Below, in pieces: positions 8,442 to 17,928 of a DNA stretch of 61,525 nt. The notes beneath the pieces are model-generated. The model was not told where the DNA came from. It saw nothing but the letters and a program-made list of their open reading frames with translations, and made no database searches. Within the stretch, counting starts at the first letter, position 1, and every line of letters starts with the position of its first letter. This DNA is from Thermoplasmata archaeon (lineage in GTDB: Archaea > Thermoplasmatota > Thermoplasmata > Lutacidiplasmatales > UBA184). The position numbers and the translations under genes are program-made. The DNA lies in contig JAKAVY010000005.1 in the NCBI GenBank assembly GCA_021827405.1, positions 1-61,525 on the forward strand, read 5' to 3'.

Positions 8442-8729
8442 ATGGGCCGGACCGTTCCCCGCCCCCCGGTCCGGTTCGTGTCGGCCGGCGAACTCGGGGA
8501 GTACGCGTTCTGTCGCCGGGCGTGGTACTACCGTACCCATCCGGAGGCGGTGCCCCCCGGGGCCTTCGGGCCCGGGGAGCCCGTCTCTTTACGGAGGGGG
8601 CGCCGCTCCCACCGGCACCTCGAGGACCGGCATCTCCGGGAGCAAGGCGTCTCCCTGGGGGGCAGCGCGGCCTGGCTCCTCCTCTCCCTGGGCCTGCTGG
8701 GGGCGTGGCTGTGGTGGGTCTTCCACTGA
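8442..8729 (+). CDS. Small membrane protein carrying the N-terminal Cas4-like motif (first Fe-S Cys)
   Basis: VSAGELGEYAFCRRAWYY...RGRRSH matches the Cas4 N-terminal S.S.L..Y.YCPR..Y...G...H pattern; C-terminal TM helix AAWLLLSLGLLGAWLWWVF. Confidence 0.75.
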   Translation: MGRTVPRPPVRFVSAGELGEYAFCRRAWYYRTHPEAVPPGAFGPGEPVSLRRGRRSHRHLEDRHLREQGVSLGGSAAWLLLSLGLLGAWLWWVFH

Positions 8730-9274
8730 CCTTTCCCGCGCTCTCCGGGCCCGCGCTCCTTCTCGTCGCCCTTCCGCTGGGAGCGCTCCTCCTCCTCGCG
8801 TGGGCGCTCCACCGCCTCCGGCTGGCCCGCCGGGCCCGGCGGCGGGGTCGGGTCCTCGCCTCCGACGGCACGCCGGGGAAGGGGACCCCGCTTTGGGTCT
8901 CCGAGCGCTACGGCCTGAGGGGTCGACCGGACGAGATCCGTCAGGTCCGGGGCGCCCTCGTCCCCGTCGAGATAAAGTCACGCCCCCGGCCGGCCCGCGG
9001 CCCCTTCCTCTCCCACCACGTCCAACTGGAGGCTTACTGCCTCCTCTTGGAGGAGGCCACCGGGGTCCCTCCGCCCTTCGGCCTCCTGGTCTACGGGGAC
9101 GGGAGCGAGTGGGAGGTCCCCTGGGACGCCCGCGCCCGGAGCGAGGTCCTTTCCCTCCTGGCGGAGGTCCGCTCCCCGTATGAGGGAGAGACGGACCCGG
9201 GCTGGTCGAAGTGTGGGGCATGCCGCTACCGTCCCCACTGCGAGGGGGCCCGGTCGGTGGGCCACCGCGGGTAG
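8711..9274 (+). CDS. Membrane-anchored Cas4-like PD-(D/E)xK nuclease (C-terminal part)
   Basis: N-terminal TM, then YGLRGRPD, VPVEIKS, HHVQLEAYCLLLEE and the C-terminal KCGACRYRPHC Cys cluster. Start uncertain (GTG 8705/8711/8714). Confidence 0.85.
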   Translation: MVGLPLTFPALSGPALLLVALPLGALLLLAWALHRLRLARRARRRGRVLASDGTPGKGTPLWVSERYGLRGRPDEIRQVRGALVPVEIKSRPRPARGPFLSHHVQLEAYCLLLEEATGVPPPFGLLVYGDGSEWEVPWDARARSEVLSLLAEVRSPYEGETDPGWSKCGACRYRPHCEGARSVGHRG

Positions 9275-9338
9275 CCCCGGCCCTAGGGGCGAAGGCCGCC
9301 CCGTCAGCCTTTTGACCTGACCCCGGAGTGCGCCTCCC

Positions 9339-9803
9339 ATGCCCCCCGATCCTGCCCTGGAGCGCACCTTGGTGCTGGTGAAACCCGACGGCGTAAGGCG
9401 GGGCCTCATGGGGGAGGTTCTCTCCCGCTACGAACGTAAGGGTCTCAAGATCGTAGGGGCCCGGCTCCTCCAGGTCCCGCCCGAGCTGGCCCACCGTCAT
9501 TACGAGGAGCACCGGGAGAAGCCCTTCTTCCCGGACCTCGTCCGCTTCATCACCTCCGGTCCCGTCCTCGCCCTCGCCGTAGAGGGCCCGCACGCGGTGG
9601 CGGTGGTCCGGGCCCTGAACGGGGCCACCAAGCCGTGGGAGGCCGCGCCGGGGACCTTGCGGGGAGACCTGGCCCTCTCCCTCACCCCGAACGTCGTGCA
9701 CGCCTCGGACAGCCTGCCCACGGCGGCCCGGGAGCTGGCCCTGTACTTCCGGGAAGAGGATCTCGTCCCCTACACCCGGGTGGACGAGGAGTACCTTCAT
9801 TGA
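9339..9803 (+). CDS. ndk: Nucleoside-diphosphate kinase
   Basis: [36 protein letters not shown]. Confidence 0.97.
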   Translation: MPPDPALERTLVLVKPDGVRRGLMGEVLSRYERKGLKIVGARLLQVPPELAHRHYEEHREKPFFPDLVRFITSGPVLALAVEGPHAVAVVRALNGATKPWEAAPGTLRGDLALSLTPNVVHASDSLPTAARELALYFREEDLVPYTRVDEEYLH

Positions 9804-9809
9804 GGGCTC

Positions 9810-10397
9810 GTGTCCCCACCTCTGCGGGCCCGTAGGACGCCCTGGGACGAGGGGGTCCGGGCCGTGCGCGCCGGCGCGGTCGTCTGTTATCCCACCGACA
9901 CGCTCTGGGGGCTCGGGGCGGACCCCTCCCGCCCGGAGGCGCTCCGCCGGCTCGCCGAGGTGAAGGGACGGCCCGAGGGGATGCCGGTCTCCGTGGCCTT
10001 CTCCTCGCTGGAGGAGATCGAGCCGTGGGCGCTCCTCTCCGCCCGGGACCGGGCCGTCCTGAGGGTCCACCTGCCGGGGCCGTACACCTTCCTCCTCCGG
10101 TCCAGCCCCCGGGCGCGGCAGCGCTGGGCCCCGGGCGTGCTCGGCCCCGGAGGCCGGCTGGGCGTCCGGGTGCCCGACCACCCCGGGGCGCGGGCGTTCT
10201 TGACCGCCACCGGGCCGCTCACGTCCACCTCGGCGAACCGGCATGGGAGCCCTCCGGTCCGGGACCTCCAGGAGGCCCGGAGGACCTTCGGGTCCCGGGT
10301 GGCCGCCTACGTCGCGGCCTCCCCCGCTCCCCGGGGGGTCCCCTCCACCGTGGTGGACCGGTGGGCGAACGAGCGGGAGCCCGTCCGCCGGTTTTAA
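9810..10397 (+). CDS. tsaC: Threonylcarbamoyl-AMP synthase (YrdC/TsaC single-domain)
   Basis: YPTDTLWGLGAD, KGRP, LPGPYT, GVRVPDHP, TSTSAN, PSTVVD. Confidence 0.9.
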   Translation: MSPPLRARRTPWDEGVRAVRAGAVVCYPTDTLWGLGADPSRPEALRRLAEVKGRPEGMPVSVAFSSLEEIEPWALLSARDRAVLRVHLPGPYTFLLRSSPRARQRWAPGVLGPGGRLGVRVPDHPGARAFLTATGPLTSTSANRHGSPPVRDLQEARRTFGSRVAAYVAASPAPRGVPSTVVDRWANEREPVRRF

Positions 10398-10422
10398 TAG
10401 AGGCGGACCGAGACCGGGAACC

Positions 10423-11289
10423 ATGGTCGAGGACGCCGACCGTTGGAGGCGCGCCGGTAAGATCGGCGCCGAGGCCCGGGAGCTGGGGGCCGGGCTCCTG
10501 GTCCCTGGAGCGAGCCGCCGGGAGGTGGCCGAGGAGGTGGAGCGCCACATCCGCGCCCGGGGGGCTCTCCCGGCCTTCCCCGCGAACCTCTCCACGAACC
10601 AGGAGGCCGCGCACTACACCCCGGATCCGGAAGACGACTACCGGTTCCGGACCGGGGACCTGGTGAAGCTGGACGTGGGGGCCCACCTGGGGGGGGCCAT
10701 CTCCGACACCGCGGTGACCGTGGAAGTGGGCTCCGGCCGGCACGCGGGGCTCTTGAAGGCCGCCCGGACGGCCCAGGAGTCCGCCGGCGCCCTGCTCAAG
10801 GATGGGGTGGAGACCCGGGAACTCTCCCTGGCCATCGAGCGGGCCATCCGGGCCCAGGGGTACCGGCCGGTGGAGAACCTCAGCGGGCACACCATCGAGC
10901 CGTACCTCCTCCACGCCGGCGTCTCCATCCCGAACGTGGCGGGCTTCTCCTCCCAGACGCTCCATGCCGGCCAGGTGGTGGCGATCGAACCCTTCGCCAC
11001 CGGGGGGGGCGGGCGGATCCGCAACGGCCCCTTCGGGAACATCCTTCGGTTTCGGGAGCCGCCGGACCCCGAACGGAGCCCGGCGCTGGCCGAGGCGTTC
11101 GAACGGTTCCGGACGCTGCCGTTCTGCCTACGGTGGGTCCCGGAGGAAGAGCTTCGGGCGGCCCTGATGAAGGAGCGCCGACACCTGCAGACCTACCCGG
11201 TCTTCGTGGAGGTCCGCGAGGGCTTGGTCGCCCAGTGGGAGCGGACCTTCCTCCTCACCCCGGAGGGCGCGGAGTGCCTCACGCCCTAG
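10423..11289 (+). CDS. map: Methionine aminopeptidase type II
   Basis: AFPANLS...AAHYTP, KLDVGAH..G.ISDTA.T, NLSGH.I..Y.LHAG, AIEPFAT.G.G. Confidence 0.95.
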   Translation: MVEDADRWRRAGKIGAEARELGAGLLVPGASRREVAEEVERHIRARGALPAFPANLSTNQEAAHYTPDPEDDYRFRTGDLVKLDVGAHLGGAISDTAVTVEVGSGRHAGLLKAARTAQESAGALLKDGVETRELSLAIERAIRAQGYRPVENLSGHTIEPYLLHAGVSIPNVAGFSSQTLHAGQVVAIEPFATGGGGRIRNGPFGNILRFREPPDPERSPALAEAFERFRTLPFCLRWVPEEELRAALMKERRHLQTYPVFVEVREGLVAQWERTFLLTPEGAECLTP

Positions 11290-11341
11290 CCCGGGAGATC
11301 GGGGAGGACGTTCCCGCGGGACCGGCCCGCTCCGGGGCGCC

Positions 11342-11842
11342 TCAGCCGGACGCGGAGAGCTGCCCGCAGTCCTCGCAGGGCCCGTGCTCGGGGGTCAGGT
11401 GCTCGGAGAGGCGGACCAACGCCCGCGTGACCACGGTGCGCTCGCGGCCGGGGAGCAGCTGCGCCAGGCTCCGGCCGAACCGCTCCTGGCTCCTCTCCAG
11501 TTGACGGAAAAGCCGGTTCCCCTTGGGGGTGAGCGTGAGGAGGATCCGGCGCCGGTCGGAAGGGGAGGGGGACCGCTTCACGTACCCCAGCTTCTCCAAG
11601 TGGTCCACCACCCCGCTGACCGTGGGAAGGGTCACGTCGAGCCACCGGGAGAGCTTCCCGGAGTGGACCCGGCCGTGGAGCTTGAGGCAGTGGAGCACCC
11701 AGTACTGGGGGGAGGTGAGGCGGGCCTGCCGCAGGTCCTGCTGCAGGAGCCGGCCCAGGCCCCGGGAGGTGCCGCGCAGGGCCTCCCAGAAGAGCCGGTC
11801 CTCGTGGCTGAGGGGGGAGGCGACCCGGGTGGAGACGGTCAT
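11342..11842 (-). CDS. MarR family transcriptional regulator
   Basis: LTSPQYWVL...TVSGVVDHLEKLGYVKR....DRRRILLTLTPKG; C-terminal CEDC. Confidence 0.9.
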   Translation of the reverse strand: MTVSTRVASPLSHEDRLFWEALRGTSRGLGRLLQQDLRQARLTSPQYWVLHCLKLHGRVHSGKLSRWLDVTLPTVSGVVDHLEKLGYVKRSPSPSDRRRILLTLTPKGNRLFRQLERSQERFGRSLAQLLPGRERTVVTRALVRLSEHLTPEHGPCEDCGQLSASG

Positions 11843-11967
11843 GATGGTTAGGGCCCCTAAGCGTGCTCACGACCCCCCACGGCCCATATAACCCTTGACG
11901 AAGGACGGGAAAGGCCTGGGGATCGGGGCTTGAGCCCCAGGAAGCGCGTCCGGATGTCCCACCGGCG

Positions 11968-12624
11968 TCAGGCGGAGGAGGCCGGGTGGGCGCGCCGGGA
12001 GACCCGGGCCGGCCAGACGATGCTGAAGAAGGCGTCCGCGAGGAAGAACGCCCCGCTGAAGAGCTCCACCAGGCCCAGGGTGAGCGAGAGGGACGGGGAG
12101 GGTCCGGCGGGGAAGTGGGCGAGCACCACCGAGAGGTCGGCCACCGCCACGAAGAGCTGGGGAAGGAGAAGGGCCTCCTGGATGCCCACCAGGAAGCGCC
12201 CTCCCTGGTAGTACGGGGGCTCGCCGGGTCGGCGACGCAGGGAGACCTCCCCCCCCACCAGCCACCCCAGGGCGATCCCCCCGGCGGAGGCCGCCCCCCA
12301 GGAGAGGACCGAGCCCACCAGCCAGGCGGGGTCGCTCAAGGTGGCGAGGCTCGTGGAGAGGTACAGGCTGTAGAACAGGGAGAGGAGCACGTAGGTGTAG
12401 AAGACCGGGGAGAGCCACAGCCCGGCCCCGGCTCGCCGGTACCCCAGGTATCGAAGCGAGAGCAGGGCGAGGACCACCACCAGGAGGTCACCGGAGAGCA
12501 GGTAGGCCTCCTCAAAGACGTTGCAGCCGACCACCCCGTTGCAGGCCAGGAGGACGGACACGCGGGGGCCCAGCGGAAGGGGGGCTATGGTTCCTTCGGT
12601 CTCCCGCCGGGGGGGCCCGGGCAA
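11968..12624 (-). CDS. Multi-pass membrane protein, hypothetical
   Basis: Five to six hydrophobic segments; start uncertain; architecture resembles 54157-54783. Confidence 0.65.
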   Translation of the reverse strand: MPGPPRRETEGTIAPLPLGPRVSVLLACNGVVGCNVFEEAYLLSGDLLVVVLALLSLRYLGYRRAGAGLWLSPVFYTYVLLSLFYSLYLSTSLATLSDPAWLVGSVLSWGAASAGGIALGWLVGGEVSLRRRPGEPPYYQGGRFLVGIQEALLLPQLFVAVADLSVVLAHFPAGPSPSLSLTLGLVELFSGAFFLADAFFSIVWPARVSRRAHPASSA

Positions 12625-12626
12625 GG

Positions 12627-12992
12627 GTGAACTTCATGAAGGGGACCCACGTGGTGGGGAACGTGACCGGCACGGGTAGCCCGGGGGAAAAGGTGCGGAC
12701 GAGCCACACCCCCCGCCTGGACGAACGGCTGGCGGAGCGTTTGCGCACCGACCGCAACGCGTTCGAGCGAAGCACGCGGAGGAACGCCTGGGTCGGTGGA
12801 CTGCTCCTCGTCGCCGGGCTCGGGTTCCTCTACCTCGCCTTCGGGGTGGTCGGGATCGCCCACGGGGGCGTCGCCGTGGCCCTCATCGCCATCTTCCCCC
12901 TCCTCCTCTCCCTGACCGCCTTCGCCGAAGTGCGGTGGCGACGGCGTCTCCTGGCCCGGACCCCGACCATCCCGTCGGGCGGGACCGACTAG
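12627..12992 (+). CDS. Small two-TM hypothetical membrane protein
   Basis: Two hydrophobic helices flanked by Arg-rich segments. Confidence 0.55.
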   Translation: MNFMKGTHVVGNVTGTGSPGEKVRTSHTPRLDERLAERLRTDRNAFERSTRRNAWVGGLLLVAGLGFLYLAFGVVGIAHGGVAVALIAIFPLLLSLTAFAEVRWRRRLLARTPTIPSGGTD

Positions 12993-14116
12993 GCCAAGGC
13001 CTTCCGCGCCCTCCGGGCCCCTTCCACCAGCGCCCCCAGCTTCGCCCAGGCCACGTCCAGGGAGCGGGTCCTGAGCCCGCAGTCCGGGTTCGCGTACACC
13101 TTGGTCGGGTCCTTCAGGATCCGGGCCGCCCTCAAGAGACGGTCCTCCACCTCCGGGGCCGTCTCCACCCGGTCCTGGTGCACGTCCAGCACCCCCACGC
13201 CCACCTCTCGTCCGTCATTGTGCTCCGCGAAGAGCTTCAGGTCCTCGAAGCCCGGGTGCTCCGGGGAGTCCCGGTTGGCGAACTCCAACAGGAACTGGGA
13301 GCAGCGCCGGGCCTCGAGGAGCCCCGGGAAGAGGGAGCGGTAGTCGGAATAGCAGACGTGCATGACGAAGCGGCCCGGCAGTCCCCGGGTGCTCTCGTTG
13401 AAGGCCTCCACCAGGAGGTCCGTCTCCCCGGGATGCGTCCCTCCGGCCGGCTCGTCGATCTGGAGCAGGTCCGCCCCGGCATCGGTCAGGGCCTTGAGCG
13501 TCGGTCGGAGGGCGTCGCGGGCGAGCGCCACCACCAGGTCCCGCTGCGCCGCCCGCCGGACCCTCGGTCCGCGCCAGCCCGGGCGCCGCTTGAGGTAGTG
13601 CTCGTTCCAGGACCAGTCCGCCAGGGTGTAGGCGCCGGTGACCGGGACCTTGACCGGGCGGTGGGCATGCTCCTTGACGAAGCGGAACTCGTCCACGTGA
13701 TAGGGGGCCTTGAGCCCGACCGGCCCCACCGACGCGGCCTTCAGGTAGTACTTGTTGTCGAACGACCGCACATGCCCCAGGAACCGGAACCCCTCCATCT
13801 GCCGGATGGGGTACTCGTACATCTCCACCCGCCGGGCCTCCCCGTCGTAGACCCGGTCCAGTCCGGCCGCCTCCAGGTAGCGGAGCAGGAAGAGGGCGCC
13901 GCGGTCCCGGAGGCGCTGGGGGTCCCGGGACACCGGCGACTCCGGGGAGAGACCGGCGAGATCCCCTTCCTGGAAGACCGTCGGCAGCGCCCGGGTCCAC
14001 CGTCGGAGCTCCTCCTTCGCCGCCCGGGAGAGCGTCTGCCCTCGCAGCCCCTCCACCAGCCAGAGCGGCTTGCGCAGCGAGCCCACCTCCTGGGTGGGGA
14101 AGAGCGGAAGCGTCAC
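12989..14116 (-). CDS. metE: Cobalamin-independent methionine synthase, catalytic (C-terminal) domain
   Basis: TQEVGSLRKP, DGEARR, TGAYTLADWS, QIDEP, HVC (Zn ligands), LEFANR, NPDCGLRTR. Confidence 0.92.
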   Translation of the reverse strand: MTLPLFPTQEVGSLRKPLWLVEGLRGQTLSRAAKEELRRWTRALPTVFQEGDLAGLSPESPVSRDPQRLRDRGALFLLRYLEAAGLDRVYDGEARRVEMYEYPIRQMEGFRFLGHVRSFDNKYYLKAASVGPVGLKAPYHVDEFRFVKEHAHRPVKVPVTGAYTLADWSWNEHYLKRRPGWRGPRVRRAAQRDLVVALARDALRPTLKALTDAGADLLQIDEPAGGTHPGETDLLVEAFNESTRGLPGRFVMHVCYSDYRSLFPGLLEARRCSQFLLEFANRDSPEHPGFEDLKLFAEHNDGREVGVGVLDVHQDRVETAPEVEDRLLRAARILKDPTKVYANPDCGLRTRSLDVAWAKLGALVEGARRARKALA

Positions 14117-15144
14117 CGGCGTACCCTCCGTACCGCGGGGGCCCGCCGGGGGGCCCGGCGGGGAGAGGCCCGGGTCCCGGAGGCGTTGAGCACCTCGGCC
14201 GCCCGGGCGAGCACGGTGAGCTTCTTGTCGGCGGCCTCGCCGGTGAGCAGGTCTAGGGAGGCGGCCGGGCCCATAAGGACCCTCGAGGGCGACAGCCGGC
14301 GGACCAGGGCGCGCACGGTGGAGACGATCTCCGGGAGCTCCTCCGGCAGCGAGGTCCTCGGGTCCAGGACCCCCAACCCCAGGGTCTTCCCCCTCGGGAA
14401 GGCCTTAAGCCGGCGGGGTTCGGTCTCCGTCAGGTCCAGACCGAGAAGGTTTCCCGGGAGGCGGGAAAGGAGCGGGAGCACAGGGAGCGCGTCGCCGAAG
14501 AACGTCCAGATCCCGTCCTCCGGCCCGGTGAGGACCCTTTCCAGGGGACGGTAGGCCCTCCGGAGCCCCTCGCGCTCCGCCGGTCCCGGCGGGTCCGTCA
14601 CCAGGGAAGGCTCCAGCAAGAGCAGGCTCCCGACCCCGCCGGCCCGGAGGGCGGTGGCCTCCTGGGCCAGACGGTCCGCCCAAAGCCGGGAGAGCCTCTC
14701 CGTCCCCTTCCCTCCCGGGTCCTCGCAGAGGCGGGCAAAGGTCCAGGGGCCCGGGGCCACCCAGCCCCGGGGCCGGCCGCCGGGGTCGGGATCCAGGGGC
14801 GGGAGGGTGCCGAGGACCCCCCGGGGCCTTCGGGTCAACGGTCCTGAGACCCGGGGGGGGCGGTAGAACGTGTTGGTCTGGAACCAGCGGGAGAGCGGTC
14901 CGGCGTCCAGGTTCTCCGTCTGTTCGATCCAGGGGCGGAAGAGGTCCGGCCAGGGGAGGAACCCCCCGGTGACGAACGCGAACTTGAGCTCCGCCTCCCG
15001 CCGGGCGATCCGGTCCGCCTCGGACCGATAGAGCCGCTCCGCCGATGCCGGCGGCTCCAATCCCCGGTCCACCCGGCGCGTGACCTCCACCAGCGCCTCG
15101 GAGCGGGGGAACGGCCCGGTGAGGCCGGCGAGCACTTCGGTCAC
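14113..15144 (-). CDS. MetE N-terminal-domain-like protein
   Basis: G.FPR, VTGGFLPWPDLFRP, RWFQTNTFYRPP, PGPWTFARL, LLEPSL, TFFGD; GTGA overlap with metE. Confidence 0.85.
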   Translation of the reverse strand: MTEVLAGLTGPFPRSEALVEVTRRVDRGLEPPASAERLYRSEADRIARREAELKFAFVTGGFLPWPDLFRPWIEQTENLDAGPLSRWFQTNTFYRPPRVSGPLTRRPRGVLGTLPPLDPDPGGRPRGWVAPGPWTFARLCEDPGGKGTERLSRLWADRLAQEATALRAGGVGSLLLLEPSLVTDPPGPAEREGLRRAYRPLERVLTGPEDGIWTFFGDALPVLPLLSRLPGNLLGLDLTETEPRRLKAFPRGKTLGLGVLDPRTSLPEELPEIVSTVRALVRRLSPSRVLMGPAASLDLLTGEAADKKLTVLARAAEVLNASGTRASPRRAPRRAPAVRRVRR

Positions 15145-15267
15145 GGGCCGCGGGAGTCGGTGGGCTACAAAATCCCATCGAACCGCCTCCGGTGGCCGAT
15201 TCGTTACCCGGGGTGCAACCCCGGTGCGCCCGGCCCCGTCGTTCCCGAGGGGAGAAAGGGCCGGGGG

Positions 15268-17226
15268 TCAGAGGCTCACGGGAAGAGGCAGGGCATCCCT
15301 ATGCCGGGCGCGCTCCTCCCGGAGCTTCCCGCCGGCCCGGCCGGCCAGGTCGAAGTAGGCCCGGTAGACCTCCTGCTCCTTCGTGAGGTGGGCCCGGAGC
15401 TTCGTGACCGCCTCGGCGTGGACCCGGGCGAGCCCCGGGTCCTTCATCAGCCCGTGGCGGACCCATCCCCGGCCCCAGCCGGAGAGCGCATGCCGGCTGT
15501 GCGGCAGGAAGCGTCCCCCCCTGCGCTCCACCCGGGAGAGGTGGAGCAGGAGCCCGAAGGCCTCGAGCCGCTCCCGGTCCGAGTCCAGCAGGGGGTCGGT
15601 CCCGGCCCCCTTCTCGGCGGAACCCCCGTACGGGAAGGGTTCCCCAAAGGCCCGGCGCCAGGCCTCGGCGAGCCCGCTGAGCCGGACGAGAGCGGGGAAC
15701 CCCTCCTCCTCCAGGAAGACCCGGCTCTCGGAAAGCGGCGGAGAGGCAAAGGCCTCGAACAGCGCGCTGAGCGCCAGCAGCAGCGCGGAGGGACGGAAGA
15801 CCCTCCGGTCCAGGACCCGCTGCACGGTGGAGAGGAGCGCGCTCTCCACGGCCAGCGCCAGGAGGAAGGGTTCCCGCTCGCTCTCTGGCAGGCGGCGGAA
15901 GGTCCGTTCGGCCCGTTCCAAGGTGAAGAAGGGGTCCACCCAGCGCACGTAGCGCGCGTGCAGGTCCTTGAGCTCCAAGCGGACCGCCGGGGCCCCCCGG
16001 GCCACGTGGAGGCGGATCCCCATGGCCCGGTGGGTGGCCTGGATGGTCCCGCGGACCAGGGGGAGACCGTTGAGCGGCTGCGGAGGGGCCCGGGCCCCCG
16101 GGACCCCCACCTTGAGGTCCGAGCCCGGCGGGAGGGCACCCCAGAGGTCGACCAAGACCTCCTGGCCCAAGGCCCGGCCGAGGGCGGCCGTCAGCGGGAC
16201 GACCAGGTCGCGCTGCTCCGGGGTCAACAGCAGGCTTGCGGCGTACCGGGCTGCCGGGGAGAGCCTTTCAAAGGAGAGTTCGGCCAGCGGCACCCAGGGC
16301 GGGGTCCCCTGGAGATGGTGTTCCAGGTCGCGGATCCGCTCGGGGACCCGCTCCCGGAGCAGGGCCAGCAGTTCCCCGTCCCCCCCTTCCCGGACGGTGA
16401 CGGCGAAGCGTTCCCGGGCCTCAGGTCCGGCGTTGAGGAAGTAGGCCCGGAGGGCCCGGGCCAGGAGGAGGTCGGCCACCCGGTTCCGGGGTTCGTCGTG
16501 GATCCGGACCTGCAGATGGTGCCGGGCGAGGAGGAGCTGCTCGGCGAAGTAGGCCCGGTCCCGGTTCAGCACGAGCCCGCCCCGGGGGTCCCGCCAGAAG
16601 AGGGAGGGGAGCAGGTGCACGTCGATCCCGGACGGGAAGCCGCAGTGGTGGTTGTCCCGGACGATGTAGTCGATCCGGTCCGCATCGATCTCCCCGTGGA
16701 CGAGGGCGTTGAGCGTGGGGTCCTTCCCCACTCCCACGGCGATCTCCGCCACCTCCCGGGACGTGATGCCGCGGAACTCCGGGTGGGAGGAGAGCCGTTC
16801 CCTGAGCTCGGGGTCGCTCGTCACGCGCTGCCGGGTGACCTCCTCGTGGGAGACCTGGGAGAGGAGCTCGGGGGACCGGAGCTCCCGGCCGTAGAGCCGG
16901 GCCGCCAGCTCCAGGGTGTGCGAGAAGGGCGGATGCCCCACATCGTGGAAGAGGCCGCCGAGCCGGACCCTAAGGAGGTCCTTCGCCGAGATCCCTTCGA
17001 TCCCCTGGGCCAGGAGACCGGCGGCGTGGAGCACCCCCACGGAATGTTCGAAGCGGGTGTGGTTCGCCCCCGGGAAGACCGCGTAGGCGAACCCCATCTG
17101 CCGGATCCCCTTGAGCCGGCTGACCAACGGGAGGCTCAGGAGCGCCGCCTCCCCGGCGGAAAGCGGGACGAGGCCGTAGATCGGGTCCCTGAGGTACTCC
17201 GTGTACGGGAAAGGGCTCTCAGGCAT
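15268..17226 (-). CDS. SAMHD1/YwfO-like HD-domain phosphohydrolase (putative dNTPase) with long C-terminal extension
   Basis: RDPIYG, RLKGIRQMG, FPGANHTRFEHSVG, HDVGHPPFSH, DADRIDYIVRD motifs; 652 aa. Confidence 0.88.
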   Translation of the reverse strand: MPESPFPYTEYLRDPIYGLVPLSAGEAALLSLPLVSRLKGIRQMGFAYAVFPGANHTRFEHSVGVLHAAGLLAQGIEGISAKDLLRVRLGGLFHDVGHPPFSHTLELAARLYGRELRSPELLSQVSHEEVTRQRVTSDPELRERLSSHPEFRGITSREVAEIAVGVGKDPTLNALVHGEIDADRIDYIVRDNHHCGFPSGIDVHLLPSLFWRDPRGGLVLNRDRAYFAEQLLLARHHLQVRIHDEPRNRVADLLLARALRAYFLNAGPEARERFAVTVREGGDGELLALLRERVPERIRDLEHHLQGTPPWVPLAELSFERLSPAARYAASLLLTPEQRDLVVPLTAALGRALGQEVLVDLWGALPPGSDLKVGVPGARAPPQPLNGLPLVRGTIQATHRAMGIRLHVARGAPAVRLELKDLHARYVRWVDPFFTLERAERTFRRLPESEREPFLLALAVESALLSTVQRVLDRRVFRPSALLLALSALFEAFASPPLSESRVFLEEEGFPALVRLSGLAEAWRRAFGEPFPYGGSAEKGAGTDPLLDSDRERLEAFGLLLHLSRVERRGGRFLPHSRHALSGWGRGWVRHGLMKDPGLARVHAEAVTKLRAHLTKEQEVYRAYFDLAGRAGGKLREERARHRDALPLPVSL

Positions 17227-17788
17227 CCGGGAGCTCCGGGGGGCCCGTCCCGATCCGCGGGTCCACCCGGACCCCGAGGGCCTTGAGCCGGTCCTCGGCC
17301 TCCAGGATCGCCAGGTGGAGGTCGGGGAGGGAACCTTCCACCTCGTCGAGGTACCGCAGGCACTGGCGGAGGGTCCGGCCGGCCCGGTCCGCCTCGTCGG
17401 CGGTGGGCGGCGGAGGCAGGGTCGGGGTCGGGTCCCGCACCTCGGTCTCCCCTTCGGCCTCCATCCAGGCCAGCGCGGGGTCCACCCCGAGCTCCTCCGG
17501 GTCCGGCCGCTCGGGAAGGGCGATCTCCACCGTGAGCGCGTCGGCCTGCCGCCGAAGCTCCCGGTACCGTTCCGCTCCCATGGTCTGGCGCGCCTGGTCC
17601 CCCAGGAGGTCCAGGCACCGGCGGATCTGTCCGAAGAGCAGGAAGCGGGTGGCCCTCACCCGGCGGAGCCGGGTGACGGCCTCCTCGTACTCCCGTCGGG
17701 CCACCGCCCGCCGGGGCTCCATGGGGTCCCGGGGGACGGGGGCGGGCCCGGTGGGGGGGGGAACGGGGGCGCTGGATCCACCCGGCAT
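17219..17788 (-). CDS. Helical hypothetical protein overlapping the HD gene
   Basis: Amphipathic helical composition; 8-nt overlap with the HD gene start; ATG 17788. Confidence 0.6.
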   Translation of the reverse strand: MPGGSSAPVPPPTGPAPVPRDPMEPRRAVARREYEEAVTRLRRVRATRFLLFGQIRRCLDLLGDQARQTMGAERYRELRRQADALTVEIALPERPDPEELGVDPALAWMEAEGETEVRDPTPTLPPPPTADEADRAGRTLRQCLRYLDEVEGSLPDLHLAILEAEDRLKALGVRVDPRIGTGPPELPDA

Positions 17789-17928
17789 GTTCGGCCCTGC
17801 CCGGGGTATGGCGGGAAGCCCTCTTGAACACTTCCGCCGGGGCCGGGGACCCTCCGGGCCCGTCAGGGTCAAGCCGGCGGAGGAAAACGGTTAAGGGACG
17901 GCCTCCCCCTTCGCCGCGGGGAGGAAGC

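Noticed and set aside
8357..9274. CRISPR-Cas locus suggested by Cas4
   Set aside because: No repeat-spacer array, cas1 or cas2 anywhere in the window.
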